DNA from: Octopus vulgaris
Lineage: Eukaryota
DNA length: 64,000 bases
Reading direction: 5' to 3'
NCBI GenBank assembly: GCA_951406725.2
Contig: OX597837.1
Span: 1,240,001-1,304,000, forward strand
Positions 1 to 13,974 of the stretch are shown piece by piece. The notes under the pieces were generated by a model. That model worked only from the letters and a program-made list of their open reading frames with translations, made no database searches and was not told the DNA's origin. Numbering within the stretch: position 1 is the stretch's first letter; each line of letters starts with the position of its first letter. The translations under genes were made by a program, and so were the position numbers.

Positions 1-159
1 GATATATTAATGTAGGTGTGTGTGTGTTTATGTATGTTAGTTTGTTGGGATCACCGCCATTGTTATCTCCCTTTCATTCAACCTCTTTTTTTTCACCAAT
101 TATTCTACATATTGGACCGTTAAACTCTACACTTTATTTTCATTCTCTCTATTTATTTT

Positions 160-288
160 CACTTATTCCTTTCTGTTGAAGAGCGAAGAGGCGAATAGTA
201 AAATAATTTTTTTTTCCCCAGCGTCAAAGTAATGCACTTGTTCCTACACTTGTCTTCGTCTTGAATTTTTCTATAAATTTGAACGGTA
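160..288 (+). mobile_element. Decayed Penelope-type pLTR-like repeat with degenerate hammerhead remnant
   Basis: ctgttgaagagcg...gcgaatagta resembles the CTGAAGA-GAG..CTC-GAAACGTA motif seen at 35887, 61244 and 29611; ends in (TA)n. Confidence 0.35.
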
Positions 289-297
289 TATATATAT

Positions 298-479
298 ATA
301 CGTTACGGAGATGTACTTGCATAGCAAGTGACCTGATCTGAGATCGTTAGCTGGAACGAAAGCAATTGCAGCATGGAAGGTGTTTATAAGCTATTTTAGA
401 AACACACAAAAACCGTTAGATTCACTTCAAGATTTAAATTTAATTTGTCAAAATATTTTCGTCGCTTTGAGACCGCGAC

Positions 480-482
<3 letters not shown>
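298..482 (-). mobile_element. (TA)n-flanked repeat, probable Penelope-type pLTR (family also at 20435-20595)
   Basis: Aligns by eye with 20435-20595; the minus strand has a GTCGC/GCGAC hairpin followed by GAAA; bounded by (TA)n on both sides. Confidence 0.5.
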
Positions 483-516
<34 letters not shown>

Positions 517-524
517 TATATACA

Positions 525-743
525 GACGAGTAAGCGCATAAATTCAAAACAATGTGGAAAAATAGTACTCGAATATCTAAGGTAAAGTAATATGCTTTTA
601 TTAAAGCTTCAAAATCTTCATGAAACTGTTACTCAGAGTTTCAAGTTCCCGTTCGGCAGACGGTATTCATCACAACTATCCGACGTACGGTAGCGTGAAA
701 CTCTGAATAACAGTTTTGTGAAAATTTTACAGTTCTAATAAAA

Positions 744-749
<6 letters not shown>
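525..749. repeat. Fold-back element (inverted arms 590-660 and 678-749) with hammerhead-like motif in each arm
   Basis: atatgcttttattaaagc...cagagtttca is the imperfect reverse complement of tgaaactctg...aataaaagcatat; flanked by (TA)n. Confidence 0.8.
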
Positions 750-798
<49 letters not shown>

Positions 799-881
799 TA
801 AGGGTAGAAATTGCTATTAATCAATTGAAATCAGTGGCCTAACATATTTTTAAAAAATCCGAAGATTAAACATTTTTATAC

Positions 882-1319
<438 letters not shown>

Positions 1320-1659
1320 TGTGTGGGTATGCGTGCGCGTGTATTAGAAAAAAAGGTTTAATAAAAAAAATGTTAATTATATATATATATATATATAATA
1401 TTTAAAACATTAACTTAGACGTGATGGAAGAGAGATATGTCGAAGCCCTTGCGCTCTCTTCATTTTTTTTAAAACGCATAAAATATACGTAAGAAATTTA
1501 TGTTCTTATTTGCATAAGAGTAATTCTACCCATCTCTGTCATCGGTTAGATGCTACCCTGCCTTTCGTTTTTAAACCTTATTTAAACATAATCAATAATT
1601 TTTGATTTAAAAAAAACCCAACTTTTTGGCAAAATACGAAGACTGTCTCACGAAATGTT

Positions 1660-1790
1660 TCTTATAAGAAGTTTTCTTTGCAAGCAAATAGTTCCGGGTT
1701 CAGTCCTACTGCGCAGAACCTTAGGCAAGTATTTTCTACTATGGTCTTGGGGCTGACCAAACATTTGTGAGTAGATTTGGTAGACGGTAA
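1660..1790 (+). mobile_element. SINE family B, 5' fragment
   Basis: gttccgggttcagtcc...ccttaggcaagt...gatttggtagacgg matches the fuller copies at 4549 and 62361. Confidence 0.7.
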
Positions 1791-2699
1791 CAAATTTTGG
1801 CACGACGATAATCATTTGAAGAGGCGTAGTGATGGAGGTGTGATTAGTCGACTACATCGATACAAGCATTCGATCGGTGCATATTTTATCCGTTCCTGAA
1901 ACGCTGAATCATTATATGAAACCAATACAACAATATGCAATGTACATCTATCCATATTACTGATCTCTCTTTTTCTACCTATCGTCACAAACACACACAC
2001 ACACGCTCGAACGCGCGTGTGTGGGAATGTGTGTGTGTGGGAATGTGTGTGTGTGTGTGTGTTACCGTGGATGTAAATTCTGTTTGGATTTAACCGTCTT
2101 CGATTATTTTACGTAGTTAACAAGGTTTGCCACTGAATGCTCACAAGATATCTGCCAGGGTTTATAAATCCCTGTTACTTGATATATAATGTATGTGTTT
2201 GCGCGCGCGCACACACACACACATATGTATATACATATACACACAGAGAAATACGAATGTACACGCATGTACATACTACACAAGTGTGTGTGTGTGTGTG
2301 TTTGTGTGTGCATCCTGTTATCATGTGATTCTATCGTTTAAGGAAATCGACGTTTATTGTCCCTTTGTAGTTCACAGGGTCACTAAGATCTGTAATATTG
2401 ATAAGTCAAAATCTGTGCCGCAGGTCATCAGGTTAAAATTATACAGCATCACTTAATGCATTTTGTTATTCTTTTTATTGGTGTTCATTTTTTATTGTTT
2501 TGTTTCCGTGTGATTTCCTTTTATTTTTATTTTTTTTCTTTATTGCTAATGTTTTGTGTATCTTTGTAGCTAACACTGTTATCTCTGAGAACGAGAATCA
2601 GTTTTAAGATAATAAAGAACTACACACTATTATATGTCTTTGTATACCTGTGTATGGTGGTGGTGGTGGGGGACTGTGTGGTTGTGCGTTCTCGTCACG

Positions 2700-3650
2700 T
2701 CTTTCAAGGTCCGTACAATTCGTACGAACTTTGCTTTATGGATCCTTTACATAAATGGTTATGAGCGGCATATAGATTTAGAGAATTCATTGTTTTTATT
2801 ATAAGAAATAAACTTCATTGTTAAGCTTTATAAAAGTAAAGAAAGGACATTTTATATAAACTAGGATTCAAAGCTCCCCAAGCATTTTAAGAAAGCTAGT
2901 CCCTACTGGAAAACCTGCATCTCTTCTATCTTCAGATAAGGACACATTCGTTTACTCCACTCATTAAAACGGGACACTTCTAAACAGTTGCGTCATTGAA
3001 GAAAGACGCTACACCTGTCATACTTATGTTTGTGCATGTAAAACTACATCATAGAATATCATGTGGTATAATCCAGTCTACGGTTTAAACTTTCAAGTAC
3101 GTATTGTTAGTGACTTCGACTCCATGGCATTTCAATAAACCATATATGTCATCGGCATTTACAAACAGAAAAATTATTGAAGATATTCTGTTTGCTAATA
3201 AATGTAACGTTAACTTTTTCACCACTTAAAAACTTCATTGCGCAAAGCAATTGTCCACTTAACATCAATGGTCTTTCGGAAGCTTTTATATATTCTGTTA
3301 AAGCCCACACCGAAAACACAACTGCGCCTCTGGGAATTAAAACAACCTGCTCGAGAATTACGTAGAATCGCTTTTATCGACAGATTTCTCTATTTAAGGA
3401 AAGCTCGAGCAAAATTTGCCATAAGCCTCACCAAACATAGTTGGTTTTCTGAAGAAACAAGATCTGGGGCTATTAAATCCAGAAGTCCAATCCATTGTTT
3501 ATGCTATCCCAAATGTACCGAGCTGTTTTCCTTAGCATTTCCTCTGTAATATTGAAAAGAGAAATTATTGGTATTATTTCAAAATGACAACGAGTACAAT
3601 AAACGGCTTGACATGTTAGGTTTCCGTAGGCAGGTGTCAAAATATTTCTA
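2700..3650 (+). mobile_element. Decayed Penelope-like retroelement (RT C-terminus plus GIY-YIG endonuclease region), frameshifted
   Basis: Across frames: NIMWYNPVY (cf. PLE IIWFNPPY), NCPLNINGLSEAFIY (cf. CPLxGxCLxxxxIY), NRFYRQISLF, AISLTKHSW (cf. TxLSKHIW), NKRLDMLGFRRQ (cf. NKRSELxxxCRH). The motif order fits Penelope-like elements. Confidence 0.7.
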
Positions 3651-4079
3651 CATTATGTTCCTACAAATGATTGCAACATAATAGAAATAACTAGAGTCTC
3701 TTATGAATTTTGTCTCCTTTATTACAAATATTTTTGCGTCCCATTATTATCTCTTACAGGAACGAATTTCTCAAAATAAATATAAGCTTACAGTTTTAAT
3801 ATCCATATTTTATATATACTGATATATATAGCGCATTAAAACAAGGATCGACCACAGCATAATACACACACACGCGCGCGCACATACTTTTAAACAAAAG
3901 CAGGTAGGTAAAAATAACTGTTATGTCCACATATTATGAAATACTTCAGCAATACAATATTCCATATGGAAGCAATACTAATATTGTAACACAGGGCTAC
4001 AATTAACATACAACAATACACGCATCATAAATGCAAATCTAACGATGTAGGACATTGGCTCTCAGACGGTCAATTTCTT

Positions 4080-4306
4080 ATTTCTTTATTGCCCACAAGG
4101 GGCTAAACATAGAGAGGACAAACAAGGCCAGACAAACGAATTAAGTCGATTATATCGACTCCAGTGCCTAACTGGTACTTATTTCATCGACCCTGAAAGG
4201 ATGAAAAGCAAAGTCGATCTCGGCGGAATTTGAACTCAGAACGTAGCGGCAGGCGAAATACCGGTAAGCATTTCGCCCGGCGTGCTAACGACTCTGCCAG
4301 CTCGCC
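4080..4306 (-). mobile_element. SINE family A (tRNA-like head), full length
   Basis: Head ggcgagctggcaga, B-box gagttcaaattcc, central ttcatcctttc..ggtcgat domain; TSD-like cagacRgtcaatttct on both sides. Confidence 0.9.
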
Positions 4307-4548
4307 GCAGACAGTCAATTTCTGGCAGAAAGGTGTGTATAAATATAAGGGATCCTTTTTAATAAGGACAGCTCAGGGGTCAAACTGTCTCTACAGTCTG
4401 ATGCCGCTGGGATTGACGAGAAATGCTAACGATAAATATGAATTTGAGATCTTTAGTGTTCCGATCGAAATATGAGAACCTGATACACAACTAGGAGAAG
4501 ATTTAATGAACGATGATGGAATAAAAACATAAAGCCTTTTTAATAAAT

Positions 4549-4877
4549 GGGCGTTGGAGTGGCTGTCTGATAAAATACTTGCTTCTCAACTACATGGCTC
4601 CGAGTTCAGTCCCACGATGTGACCTTTTGGGCCAATGTTTTCAAATATGGTTTCGAGCCGGCCAAAGTGTTCTGGGTGAGTTTGGCAGACGGAAACCTAA
4701 AGAAGCCCGTTACGTGCGTATGTGTGACAACTATTGCTGGTATGTTTACGTCCCGGTATCTTAGAGGCTTGGCAAAAGAACCGATAGAATAAGCACTACG
4801 CTTAAGAAAAGGTTTGTCAATGTGGTGCCCCAGTATGACCGCAGTCTAATGGCTGAAACAAGTAAAAGATAAAAGAT
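4549..4877 (+). mobile_element. SINE family B (tRNA/CORE-like head, internal microsatellite)
   Basis: ggagtggctgt..gagttcagtccc..gacggaaac...ctgaaacaagtaaaaga; diverged copy. Confidence 0.8.
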
Positions 4878-4894
4878 TATATATATATATATCG

Positions 4895-5107
4895 CTTTTT
4901 TACTTGTTTTATTCATGTGACTGCGTCCATGCTGGGGCACCGCCTTTGGTCGAGCAAATCGACGCCAGGACTTATTCTTTGTAAGCCTAGTACTTAATTT
5001 ATCGGTCTCTCTTGCCGAACTGCTAAGTTACGGGGACGTAAACACACCACCATTGGTTGTCATGCGATGTTGGGGGACAAACACACACACACACATACAC
5101 ACACATA

Positions 5108-5159
<52 letters not shown>

Positions 5160-5343
5160 TATTTATATATATATATATATACATATATACGACAGGCTGC
5201 TTTCAGTTTGTCTACCAAATCCACTCACAAGGCTTTGGTCAGCCTGAGGCTATATTAGAAGACACTTGCCCAAGGTGCCACGCAGTGGGAATGAACCCTG
5301 AACCATGTGGTTGGTAAGCAAGCTACTTACCACACAGCGCCTG
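4895..5343 (-). mobile_element. SINE family B, full length, with internal (TA)/(CA) tract
   Basis: Reverse complement reads gctgtgtggtaagtagcttgc...gtggcaccttgggcaagtgtc; lies tail-to-tail with 4549-4877. Confidence 0.9.
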
Positions 5344-6117
5344 AAATATATGCCATATATATATATATATGTATATATATATAATCGTTTGTGTGTGAAA
5401 TTTTAGCGTCACCTGTTGGATTGGAACCCCGAGTCTGATGTAAAGCGTTCTAGCTATATAACAATATTAAATGCTACAAGTTTATTGAAACATCAATGCG
5501 AAGCCGAAAGAGAAAACAAAATCACTGACGTGAAGCGAAACGCATCTCCTTCTTTCATGTGTGTCTCTGTATTGCTGCACTCCATTACCAAACTAGTCAA
5601 CATGGTGAACGGTGTTGTTGTTGTTGTTATATTGTAGAAATCTCATAACAGTGAACTTCTAAAAGACTCCTACAAAACTGACCTCGATGCCTCTCTGTGG
5701 AATTAGAACGGTCAACGAACGGAACGGTAAACATTCGGAGCTAAACTCAGCTCCATCTCCCTGAATATATATATATACATATATCTACATTTATATACAT
5801 ATATTTATACACATATATATATACATATATACACACATACATATATATATGCACATATACATATATATATACGTATTTATACACGTATGTATACATATAT
5901 ATATACATACACATATAAATACATATATATATATATATATACACATACATAGACACACACATATATATATACACAAATATACACACATGCACACGCATAT
6001 ATATATATATATGCATATATACACATACATAAATATATATATTATATATAAACGAACTCAGATACAGAGATAAACAGATCATACATACACACACAGATAC
6101 ATACATACATATATATT

Positions 6118-6395
6118 TTCATGTCTTTGTCGATCAAGTTTGCCCATGCATCTGCGAAAGTTTGTACAGGCCTGTTGAAGATCATTTCATGAAAACTAGC
6201 ATTTGGCCATCCATGCATGTGGCTCATCTCCACGCCACCGACGCTGTCAACGCTGTCGATGCAAAAGGCTGTCGCTTTGGTGTCGGTACTGTATGGCAGC
6301 ATAGCCGTTGCAAGCCTTACATTCACACTGTATGGAAGTGGCACTGCAAGGTCTCTTGCCAGGTTTTCTGTCTGTTCTTCTAAACCACCGCCTTA
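6118..6395 (-). mobile_element. Probable 3' fragment of an interspersed repeat ending in a microsatellite
   Basis: GC-richer island running directly into (TA)/(TATG)n on the minus strand; no recognisable protein motif; family not identified. Confidence 0.3.
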
Positions 6396-6683
6396 GCTAG
6401 GAAATACTTTAACAATCACTGAAAGGGTTAAATGCAAAATAGACGAAGCCGAGACTTGAACTCACAACGTAGAGAGTCAGGATGATTGGCTTTAAAATCC
6501 AACGCTGTAAGACCTATGATGATTCGCCATACGTACTTATGTATGAGTGTGTGTGTATGTTTGCAAGCATGTATGTATGTGTGTACGTATGTATGCATGG
6601 TTTATGCATGCGTATGTATTTGTCTGTATGTGTGTTTGTATCTCTGTATGTATCTGCACTCACTTCAATACATATACACATTA

Positions 6684-6729
<46 letters not shown>

Positions 6730-7268
6730 TCTCTTTCCTCATATATGCACAAACCTAAATACCAACATACATACACTCAAACACTTACGCACGTACACAC
6801 AAACATACACACATACAGCAGAACACATAAGCATTCACAAAAGTATTTGAACGTTTGACGCAGTTAATATTTTAACAAAAGACATATTGTCACACTGTGG
6901 CCAAACGGATGTTACGCTATTGAACACGAAAGGCATCAACTGAACAAAATAAATTCGCCATCTTGGAATTAGCGAAGCATCAAATTTCTGTTCATCCGCC
7001 ATTTTAACCTGCATTGTTGTGAAGCTGTTTATCTGCGGTGTACGGTATTCATGCAGTTTGTTGCATAACCAATAATTGTCTCCCTTGCTATTTAATTATA
7101 TACATATTTCATTTCTTTTGTGTGACTGCATATGTGGTTGTTAAAGTGTAATAGTGTGTGTGTGTGTTCTGGGTGTATGTGTTTGTTTATCTATTGTAAT
7201 ATTTGCTCATCTACCTATCTATCTGTGTGTGTAATTTTATTTTTAATTGGCAGTGTTACAAAAATAGT

Positions 7269-7353
7269 TTCAAGAATCGAGAGTTTCGTGCTTGGCCATA
7301 ATCAAACTAGTTCTCAGTTTTAAGTGCTCAGCACGAAACTCCCGACTCTTGAA
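7269..7353. repeat. Hairpin with about 24-bp arms
   Basis: ttcaagaatcgagagtttcgtgct pairs with agcacgaaactcccgactcttgaa (2 mismatches). Confidence 0.85.
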
Positions 7354-7540
7354 TCACAGCGTATCTTCTGCCGATTGAAAATAACACTCGTATATTTATT
7401 TATTTTCGACAGCTATTTTCCTGTTTGAACAGCCCTCATATTTTCGCGTTGTTTCAGTCTACATAACTGTAGCTGACTAGTACGGTACAGCTCTCTTCTT
7501 TTTTTTTTTAATTTCGTTTTCCTTCTCTGAAAATTGTACC

Positions 7541-7777
<237 letters not shown>

Positions 7778-8607
7778 TTGTCTTTCTGTCCATCTATCTG
7801 TCCAACCATGTGTTTGTGTGAAAGTACAGACATATGCTTCCATAAATATTTCCCTATACTAGTATATATGCGAATATTTCTCTTTCTCTAAACACACACA
7901 TATACATCTCTATACGAATACATACTACTTCATACACATATATATATATATATATATATATACTTCATAGACATCTTGCACACACCTGTGCGTGTGTGTG
8001 CTTCTGTGTAAGAGCATGCTTTTCATATTCCGTGTGTCGGACTGTATGTGTATGTACAGCAGTCTATATGAACAAAGGTCTGGCTAATGATCGACGGACT
8101 GAATCGTTGAAAGACACACAACAGCTGGACATTGGATAAAAGGAAACGTTGTTAAAAAACAGATGTACGATGAGGGTGGTGGTGGTGGTGGTGGTGGTGG
8201 CGATGATGACGATGATGGCAATCGCTTTTAGGATGATGCTGATCATGGTGACGATGGTTATTATATGATGTTGTTGCTAATCCTTACAACTGCGTTTAGA
8301 AGTCTATTCTGGAGCACATGACTAATAACAACAACCACCTCAACAAAAACATCGTCAAAATAAACACGAAAAACATTCTAGAATATTCACATCGTCAAAT
8401 GGAATTGCGATTTTAAAATTTGCCTTTTTCTCGGTATATTTTGTTTTCTTTGTTGTTTTCCCTTCCTCCTCATCTTCTGTCTCCTTCTCCTCCTCCTCTT
8501 CCCACCATCCTGTTCGTCGTCGTCATCGTCGTCGTCTTTGTCCTCCCCTGTGTTCATGTACCTGATAAATATATCACCCCACCGCGAAACAAACGCTGCT
8601 GTTGCTG

Positions 8608-8755
8608 TTGGCAGAATCGTTAGCACATCGGGAAAAATGTTTGGCGGCATTTCGTCCGTATCTGCCATCTGAGTTCAAATTCCCCCGAAGTTGAGTTCAC
8701 CTTCCATCCCTTCGAGGTCGATAAAATAAGTACCCCAAAATTTGAAGCCTCGTGG
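8608..8755 (+). mobile_element. SINE family A, diverged
   Basis: ggcagaatcgttagcac...gagttcaaattcc...ccttccatcccttcgaggtcgataaaataagtacc. Confidence 0.8.
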
Positions 8756-9257
8756 CTGAGAGTGAAAGCGATCATTTCGTTTTTACTTTCGTTAGTTTCT
8801 CTACAAATATTGCTGTTAATGTTCTTATAAAACGTTTCCACCTGACCCCCAACCCCGCCTCCTGCTCAACCCTTTAGTCCACTACCACCAACACTATGTT
8901 ACGACGATGACCACCTCCACCGTTACAATATGCATCGGCATCCCATTCCACCGGATCATCCCAACAATGACGCCCAATACGAGTTCAACCATGCATCGTC
9001 ATAATCCATCCCACCCCGCCGTCTCAAATCACCAACACATTATCATCTCCTACAACCACCACCACTACCAACTACAACAACAACAACTACAACACCATAA
9101 CTATTATTAGACCGTCCCCCCATTTTTCTTTATAATATGTGCTTTCTTCAAACATACGCTAACACACATACGCAAACGCCACACACAAACCCGAATGCAC
9201 ACACACACACTAACACATACACACTCTCACATGCGCATATACACATACCTCTTTACA

Positions 9258-9299
<42 letters not shown>

Positions 9300-9889
9300 T
9301 ACGTACAGACGCATATTTATGTATGTATATTTACACTGCCGATCGTAGAAACGAAATAATCTATTTCTCAGACATATTCTAACCTACTCAACCACTCCCC
9401 CCCCCCCCACGCTTCCAATGCGAATTTCAAATGGATTTGTCAGTCAAACTCTGTTGACGACAATTGCAAAATGCTTTTGATTCCGTACTGAGAATTACAT
9501 CACGTGTGCGTGTGTGTGTGTGTGTCTTTTGGTCTGACCACCAGTATGTATATATATACATCTGCACACACACATATGTGAATATACATACATACATACA
9601 TACACACACGCATGCACTCACACATACACATTCATAATTGCATAAACACACATATTCAAGTATTTAGCCAACTGAACAACCGATTCATTGAATTAGGCTA
9701 CAAAATGGCCGAGTATTCCAAAGGCACTTGTGTCCATTATGTAATTCCCAAACAGAATTAGCATGTCATAATAAATGTGATCTCGCTGGTCCTTTGACTT
9801 ACAGATACAATCCTCCCAACGTTTCCTCCCAACCCATTTCTATCCACGAGTCCTAAAGTCGATTCGAGGTAAAAGACATTTGCACAAAT

Positions 9890-11330
9890 GTGTTCTACCT
9901 GAAGAACTGATCGTTAGGAAGTATTTCTGTGTTCGCCTTCCGGTGATACCTTTTCCATTAGCGATAAACACCCTGTTTGAAAAACATGTGACTTACGTGT
10001 ATCTTTCGATTTTATTAGGTCTCACTTCGCCAAGGTACAGGTTCCGATTGAAGAAATAATGTCTTTGCACAACCTAGCTTTGAACTGCAGGTTGATATCC
10101 TATTTGTTACAGGTTTATGATGTGCTGTAAAAGCCATTGAGAAGATGGCCTCGAAACAGTACGCATTCTCTTCTGATGACCCCTGAAACCTACTTGCATT
10201 TCAGTATGTGGAATTTTTGACACATGACTCTGATACTTGGAAACTGTTTCCAAGTCCCACCGTTAAAGTTGAGAAGTTCTCTCGGAATTGAAGTCAATTT
10301 AAGAAATCTTATCGGTTGACTACTTTCACCTGGATGTGGCCGTGGAAATGTTCCGAAGATAACATACTCCCTTTTGATGTTCATAACCTTCTTATAGAAT
10401 TAAATGAATTCGACTGCTTCATAGGTTTATAATCAACAACGTATATCCCAGCTTTAGCGTTTCAGCAGCAATGACATAAACTCACTTCAGATCGAAATTT
10501 AGTAAATCTAAGCCGTTATATCACCGTTGATGACCATATCGACCACACTGTCAGTAGCTATTAAATACCGCTGATCACAATGCGCCTTCTTGCATTGATA
10601 CCCCTTCCTCCGATGACTAAGTGGGCAGCATGAAATGAAGTGCTGTTCCCTAGAACACTTCACGCCACCCGGTCTGAGAATCGAAACCACAATCTTGTGA
10701 TCACGAGGGCAACTCACTAACCACTAGGTTATGCGCCTTCGCAATATCAAAGATATTGTAATTATGATAATCGACCAAATTCTTTTATTGGGGCTAATGT
10801 GTTCCAAAGAGAGCTGAATGGCTTTGGATATGTTGTACCCTGACTATATCTTCCCTTCTGCTCTTAAACCAATAATGACGATTCCATAGCGCCAGGAATC
10901 CATTTGAAATAACAGCAGTGTAACCAGCTTAAACTTAGGATAATGGTAGTGACTTGTATCGCTTAACAGGCTTAACTCGTTTATTCAACAATTATGTAAC
11001 ATTTATTACAATACTGCAATAATTAGTTCGTAGTCAATGGATCTGTAGTGGCGTTGTTTAATGTCTCTCGTTGTCTAATGATGCTTAGTTCATAGCTCTA
11101 CAAAGTTATATCTTTTCAAGCTATAATCGGATCTTACTGTATATCTTTACGATGCTTCTAGTCTCCATTGGCGCTATTTGGTTTCTTCTCACTTGATAAC
11201 GGTTTAACTCTTTTCCTGTTCAAAGCATTTTCATAAGTTAGTCTTAAACGTCCTTCCTTGTTTTAGACTTTTAGTTACCCTTGCTTCAATGTTTTCAATT
11301 ACATAAAGCTTTTCCGTTAAGTCCAAAGAT
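9890..11330 (-). mobile_element. Highly decayed RTE-type LINE reverse-transcriptase region, interrupted by a SINE
   Basis: Minus-strand peptides DINLQFKARL...DTRKSHVFQTGCL (cf. RTE ISLxTKxRL...DxRKLxVFQxRCL) and IPGAMESSLLV*EQKG (cf. IPxDWxxSxIVPIxKKG); many stops. Confidence 0.45.
10515..10740 (-). mobile_element. SINE family C (tRNA-derived), diverged
   Basis: Reverse complement gaaggcgcataacctagtggttag...gtggtttcgattctcagaccggg matches the head of the 43885 copy. Confidence 0.75.
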
Positions 11331-11485
11331 ACTATAACGGTTGAAAAAATAATGGCAATGTGTATCATATATGATGTATGAACGCCAAGGAAATGCCCTG
11401 TTTGCCGAATAATATAACATAAGAGCAGCGAAAGGTTAAGCAGTTCTGTTAGAGACAGTTTCCGAATGGTATTGGTGAATTTTAA

Positions 11486-11903
11486 GGCGGCGAGCTGGCA
11501 GAATCGTTAAGCATGCCGGGCGAAATGCTTAGCGGTATTTCGTCTGCCGCTACGTTCTGAATTCAAATTCCGCCGAGGTCGACTTTGCCTTTCATCCTTT
11601 CGGCTCGATTAAATAAGTACCAGTTACGCACTGGGGTCGATGTAATGGACTTAATCCCTTTGTCTGTCTTTGTTTGTTCCCTCTGTGTTTAGCCCCTTGT
11701 GAGTAGTAAAGAAATAGGTATTTCGTCTACCGTTACGTTCTGAGTTCAAATTCCGCCGACGTCGATTTAGCCTTTCATCCTTTCGGTGTCGATTAAATTA
11801 GTACCAGTTAGGCACTGGGGTCGATATAATCGACTTAATTCCTTTGTCCCAGTTTGTCCCTTCTATATTTAGCCCCCCCCCCCATATGGGCAATAACGAA
11901 ATA
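11486..11903 (+). mobile_element. SINE family A, tandem dimer (full unit plus 5'-shortened unit)
   Basis: Second unit restarts at ggtatttcgtc (about 11717); the dimer is flanked by one 14-bp direct repeat tattggtgaatttt (11470-11483 and 11906-11919). Confidence 0.9.
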
Positions 11904-12630
11904 GATATTGGTGAATTTTGTTACACAAAATGCCTTTATAATGGAGGATATTTGTGACATTAATCCTATGCCTATCCAAAGTATTTTCATGAGTTTGTCC
12001 AAAACGTCCTCGCTCGTTTTCAGACCTTTAGTCGTATTTCACGAGTTACATAAAACTTTCCTTTCATAAGGCACAAGTTACTCTAGTGATTACAAAAAAA
12101 ATGGGAATGCCTCATACAGTGCATGGACCTCGAGGGAAATATGTCTTGTGTATAACGTGTGATACAGAACACAGGACAGGCAAAGAGTTAAGCGAGGATT
12201 TATACATAATATAAGCTTACTGGTCAAGGTTCCCGGATCACGATTATTTAGGTTTTAAGTTCGCATTGGGGCCAGGAGAGCGCATTATCTTCTAAGCAAA
12301 GGTCTCCATTCCACGTTGATCTGCTCTAGTAAACTAAAACACGAGAATCAGCTCTTTATTGCTGGTACCTACTCTCCTCCCTGCGACTACATGCTGTTGG
12401 TACAGGGAGTATAGATGGTAGTACCAAGAGGGTGTCTTTGACTGCTCGGGCACAAAACACAGTTAGCGTAAGCATAAAACATCTAGTACATGTTCACAAA
12501 TACTACTCGCTCGCGAGTAACGGCAATAAAGAAAAAGAAGGCAGTCAGAATTTTGGATAATTCTTTATTAGCGCTTTCGTTCGATTAACCGATTTCTTCA
12601 AGAAAAATTGAATGAAAATAACTTCAAACA

Positions 12631-12725
<95 letters not shown>

Positions 12726-13248
12726 CTTTGTGTGTGTACTCACAGTTCTCAACTATTTCCAATAATATTTAACGAGTCTTCTCGATATGTATCATCGCTG
12801 TAATGTTACTTACAGCATCATATAAAGTTATTTAACGATATCTTAAGCTTCATTTTAACCTATAGTATTGGAACGCGGTAGTAGACAGACATTAGTAACT
12901 TTGCGGTAAATTGAATATATGTTTTTTCTTCTTTTTATATACTGCTTATATTTTCGATTATCTAACTCTCTATCTTTGTACAATACTCGTTTAATGCGTT
13001 CCTCTTAAACCTGGAATCTCTTTTTATACACTTTCAGCTTTTTCAATTCCGTAAACGGCAATAATTTTTCATTTTTCTTTTTTTTTCCTTCTTTTTCATA
13101 CTCTTTTTCTGTTTTGCTGGAGGCATTTTTAAACTAAAAGGCATTTTAAAGTTATGGTATTTTCTTCGATGTGAATGTTTTCGGTATAAATAAACGAGAA
13201 TATGCAGATACAGAAAGATATATCGTGTGTGTGTCCGTCTGTCCGTAC

Positions 13249-13300
<52 letters not shown>

Positions 13301-13305
13301 GTCTA

Positions 13306-13392
<87 letters not shown>

Positions 13393-13974
13393 GTATATCT
13401 ATCTATCTAATTATATATATATATATATATATATCTATCTATCAAGATAGATAGATAGTTGGACAGGGAAACATTAAGTGCTAGAATTCAATCACACACA
13501 CACGCACACCCACCCACACACATTGGTTGTGCGTCTCTTTTATGGTTACCAATCGAGATATCGATATTTTAGTATGTAGGTGCTATCACCGCCTTTGTAT
13601 CTTTAACATTTTCTCTTTTTTATTTTTATGTATTTATGTATTTTTTTCTCTTTAATCTTTTATGTAACATTTTCCATTTTACCTATATACCTGTTTAGAT
13701 ATATAGAGACACACAGACAGACTGATAGATCAATAGATATATAGATAGACAGAAAAACAGACAAACAGACAGATAAACGTATTTATGTCTGTTTCTGGGT
13801 TATTGTATGCGTTTGTATATTACCGTTTAAGTGGGGTTTTTTTAATTATAAAATGTGTTTTATTTAACTATTTCTTGGTTTTGTTTTCCTTTTTCCTAAT
13901 TTAAAATACACACACACGCATATATATATATATATATATATCTTATCTATGCGCCCTTTTCAACTCATTAATCA

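Noticed and set aside
6042-6344. 100-aa minus-strand ORF with normal-looking composition
   Set aside because: No recognisable domain or splice sites; runs into a microsatellite, so more likely a repeat tail.
10173-10190. CTGATGA...GAAAC hammerhead-like words
   Set aside because: Only 5 unpairable bases between the boxes; lies inside a decayed LINE.
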